Positions 62,721 through 64,000 of a DNA stretch of 64,000 nt are shown piece by piece. Source of the DNA: Nitrospirota bacterium (GTDB taxonomy: Bacteria > Nitrospirota > UBA9217); the NCBI GenBank assembly GCA_963818475.1, contig CAWFSF010000002.1:608001-672000 (forward strand), read 5' to 3'. The notes beneath the pieces are model-generated. The model had not been told where the DNA came from, made no database searches, and saw nothing but the letters and a program-made list of their open reading frames with translations. Both the position numbers and the translations under genes were made by a program. The number at the start of each line of letters is the position of its first letter. Positions within the stretch are counted from its first letter, which is position 1.

Positions 62721-62864
62721 ATTCAGCTTAGCTTATGGGGAGCGCAGAAGGAGAAAACAGCTCATTTTTATGAGATAGAGTCTCTTCACAAAAGCAGCCG
62801 CCCGTGACCGTAGGATATACGACAAATATGTTATACTAATACGGGCTGTTGCCCAAAGCCAATC

Positions 62865-62939
62865 TGTCACCCTGAACGTAGTGAAGGGTCTACTATCATG
62901 TTGTTTATGCGAGATTCGTCGCTACCGCTCAGAATGACA
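62865..62939. repeat. REP-like palindrome
   Basis: TGTCACCCTGAACGTAGTGAAGGGTCT ... AGATTCGTCGCTACCGCTCAGAATGACA. Confidence 0.6.
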
Positions 62940-63034
62940 TTATCGTCGTAATGTGATTTGGGCAACAGCCCGAATATCTGTGGCATACATCCTCATTTCT
63001 CAAAATGAGTATTCCAGGAACCTGCGAGGTGTCT

Positions 63035-63685
63035 ATGTCTTTCCCAATAGGATTAAGTTGTCTGTTGACTATGATTTTACTTTTTACCGCGCCGGTAGGG
63101 GCCGAAGACAGCATGGTAATCGCGGATTTTTCTTCCGTTGCCGCTGGAGTGCCGGCAGGGTGGGAACTCAAAGAGAAATCAGGCAAGGCAGACTTTGCCG
63201 TTGTGAAGGACGGTGATATTGCCGCAGCCCGTTTCCGGAGCGCGAACACGTCCTTTTCGCTTCAGAAAGAGGTGCGGGTCGAGCTGAAGCAGTTCCCGAT
63301 TCTCACATGGAAATGGAAGGTGACCAAACTGCCCGCTCGGGGAGACTTCAGGAAATCCAAAACAGATGACCAGGCAGCGCAGCTTTTTCTGGCATTCTCA
63401 AAAACCAAGGCTATTGTATATATCTGGGACACCACGGCTCCCCAGGGAATCATGGAGAGCACCTCTCCGGTGCCGTTCATGACGGTCAAGGTGGTCGTAT
63501 TACGGTCAGGTCCTGCGGAAGTGGGTAAATGGATTACCGAGAGGCGTAACGTATATGAGGATTATAAGAAACTGTACGGTTCTGAACCGCCGATGGTGAA
63601 CGGCGTCAGGCTCCAGATAAACTCCCAACACACGGAAACATCGGCCGAAAGTTACTTTGCCGATGTCGTGTTTCAGAAACGATAG
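63035..63685 (+). CDS. DUF3047 family exported protein
   Basis: PILTWKWKV..LP..GD.....DD.AA, YIWD, GKWITERRNVYEDY. Confidence 0.85.
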   Translation: MSFPIGLSCLLTMILLFTAPVGAEDSMVIADFSSVAAGVPAGWELKEKSGKADFAVVKDGDIAAARFRSANTSFSLQKEVRVELKQFPILTWKWKVTKLPARGDFRKSKTDDQAAQLFLAFSKTKAIVYIWDTTAPQGIMESTSPVPFMTVKVVVLRSGPAEVGKWITERRNVYEDYKKLYGSEPPMVNGVRLQINSQHTETSAESYFADVVFQKR

Positions 63686-63759
63686 CAAGGCGTAATTCCT
63701 CCTCAGAAACACTGAGCCAGTGAGTAAAGCCTAAAAATAGAAAAGCGATGCAGATATAT

Positions 63760-63793
63760 AAAAAGGGCCGCCTTTAGTTTCAAAGGCGACCCT
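63760..63793 (-). terminator. Terminator downstream of tRNA-Asn, shared with the convergent gene
   Basis: AAAAAGGGCCGCCTTT...AAAGGCGACCCT. Confidence 0.6.
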
Positions 63794-63802
63794 CGTTCTG
63801 TT

Positions 63803-63878
63803 TGGCTCCCGGAGCAGGACTTGAACCTGCGGCATGGTGATTAACAGTCACCCGCTCTACCAACTGAGCTATCCGGGA
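63803..63878 (-). tRNA. tRNA-Asn (GTT)
   Basis: 76-nt cloverleaf TCCCGGATAGCTCAGTTGGTAGAGC...CTGTTAA...GGTTCAAGTCC...CCA. Confidence 0.97.
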
Positions 63879-64000
63879 ATGATTGGGAAATGGAAGGAAA
63901 TCAGGCTGGTATAATTACCATATACGGCCTGATATGTCAATTGGTTATTTACTGGCAGGAAGGATTATGAGCCGCCCTCCTGGCCTTTCTTGAGTTCCAT

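Noticed and set aside
63803-63878. Island integrated at tRNA-Asn
   Set aside because: No integrase and no duplicated tRNA 3' end seen in the window; a normal terminator follows

Overview
Bacterial chromosomal window with GC-rich coding regions and AT-rich intergenic regions; the gene content suggests an anaerobic Nitrospirota/Desulfobacterota-like organism (inference). At least eight genes are broken by single-base frameshifts, most likely long-read assembly errors. Contents in order: Ig-like repeat lipoprotein, CoA-activase/dehydratase fusion, ftsH, kinase-less PAS protein, Fur-regulated porin-feoA-feoA-feoB iron uptake locus with a perfect Fur box, Crp/DUF2892 pair, cytochromes c, a chemotaxis block (cheW, PstS-like binding protein, CZB-MCP), a 1501-aa aromatic-rich repeat protein with nine 309-bp units, stress genes, ybbA-ybbP-tesA, a Tad/Flp pilus cluster with tandem sigma54 promoters and two tadC, thioredoxin-like/ccdA between two paralogous genes, pgk, a YeeE-TusA-hybrid kinase module, and tRNA-Asn. 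Several REP/MITE-like intergenic families are present. No CRISPR, rRNA, integrase or transposase was seen. The best candidates for undescribed biology are the YeeE-TusA-sensor kinase module and the giant repeat protein. All assignments come from motif reading, not database searches.
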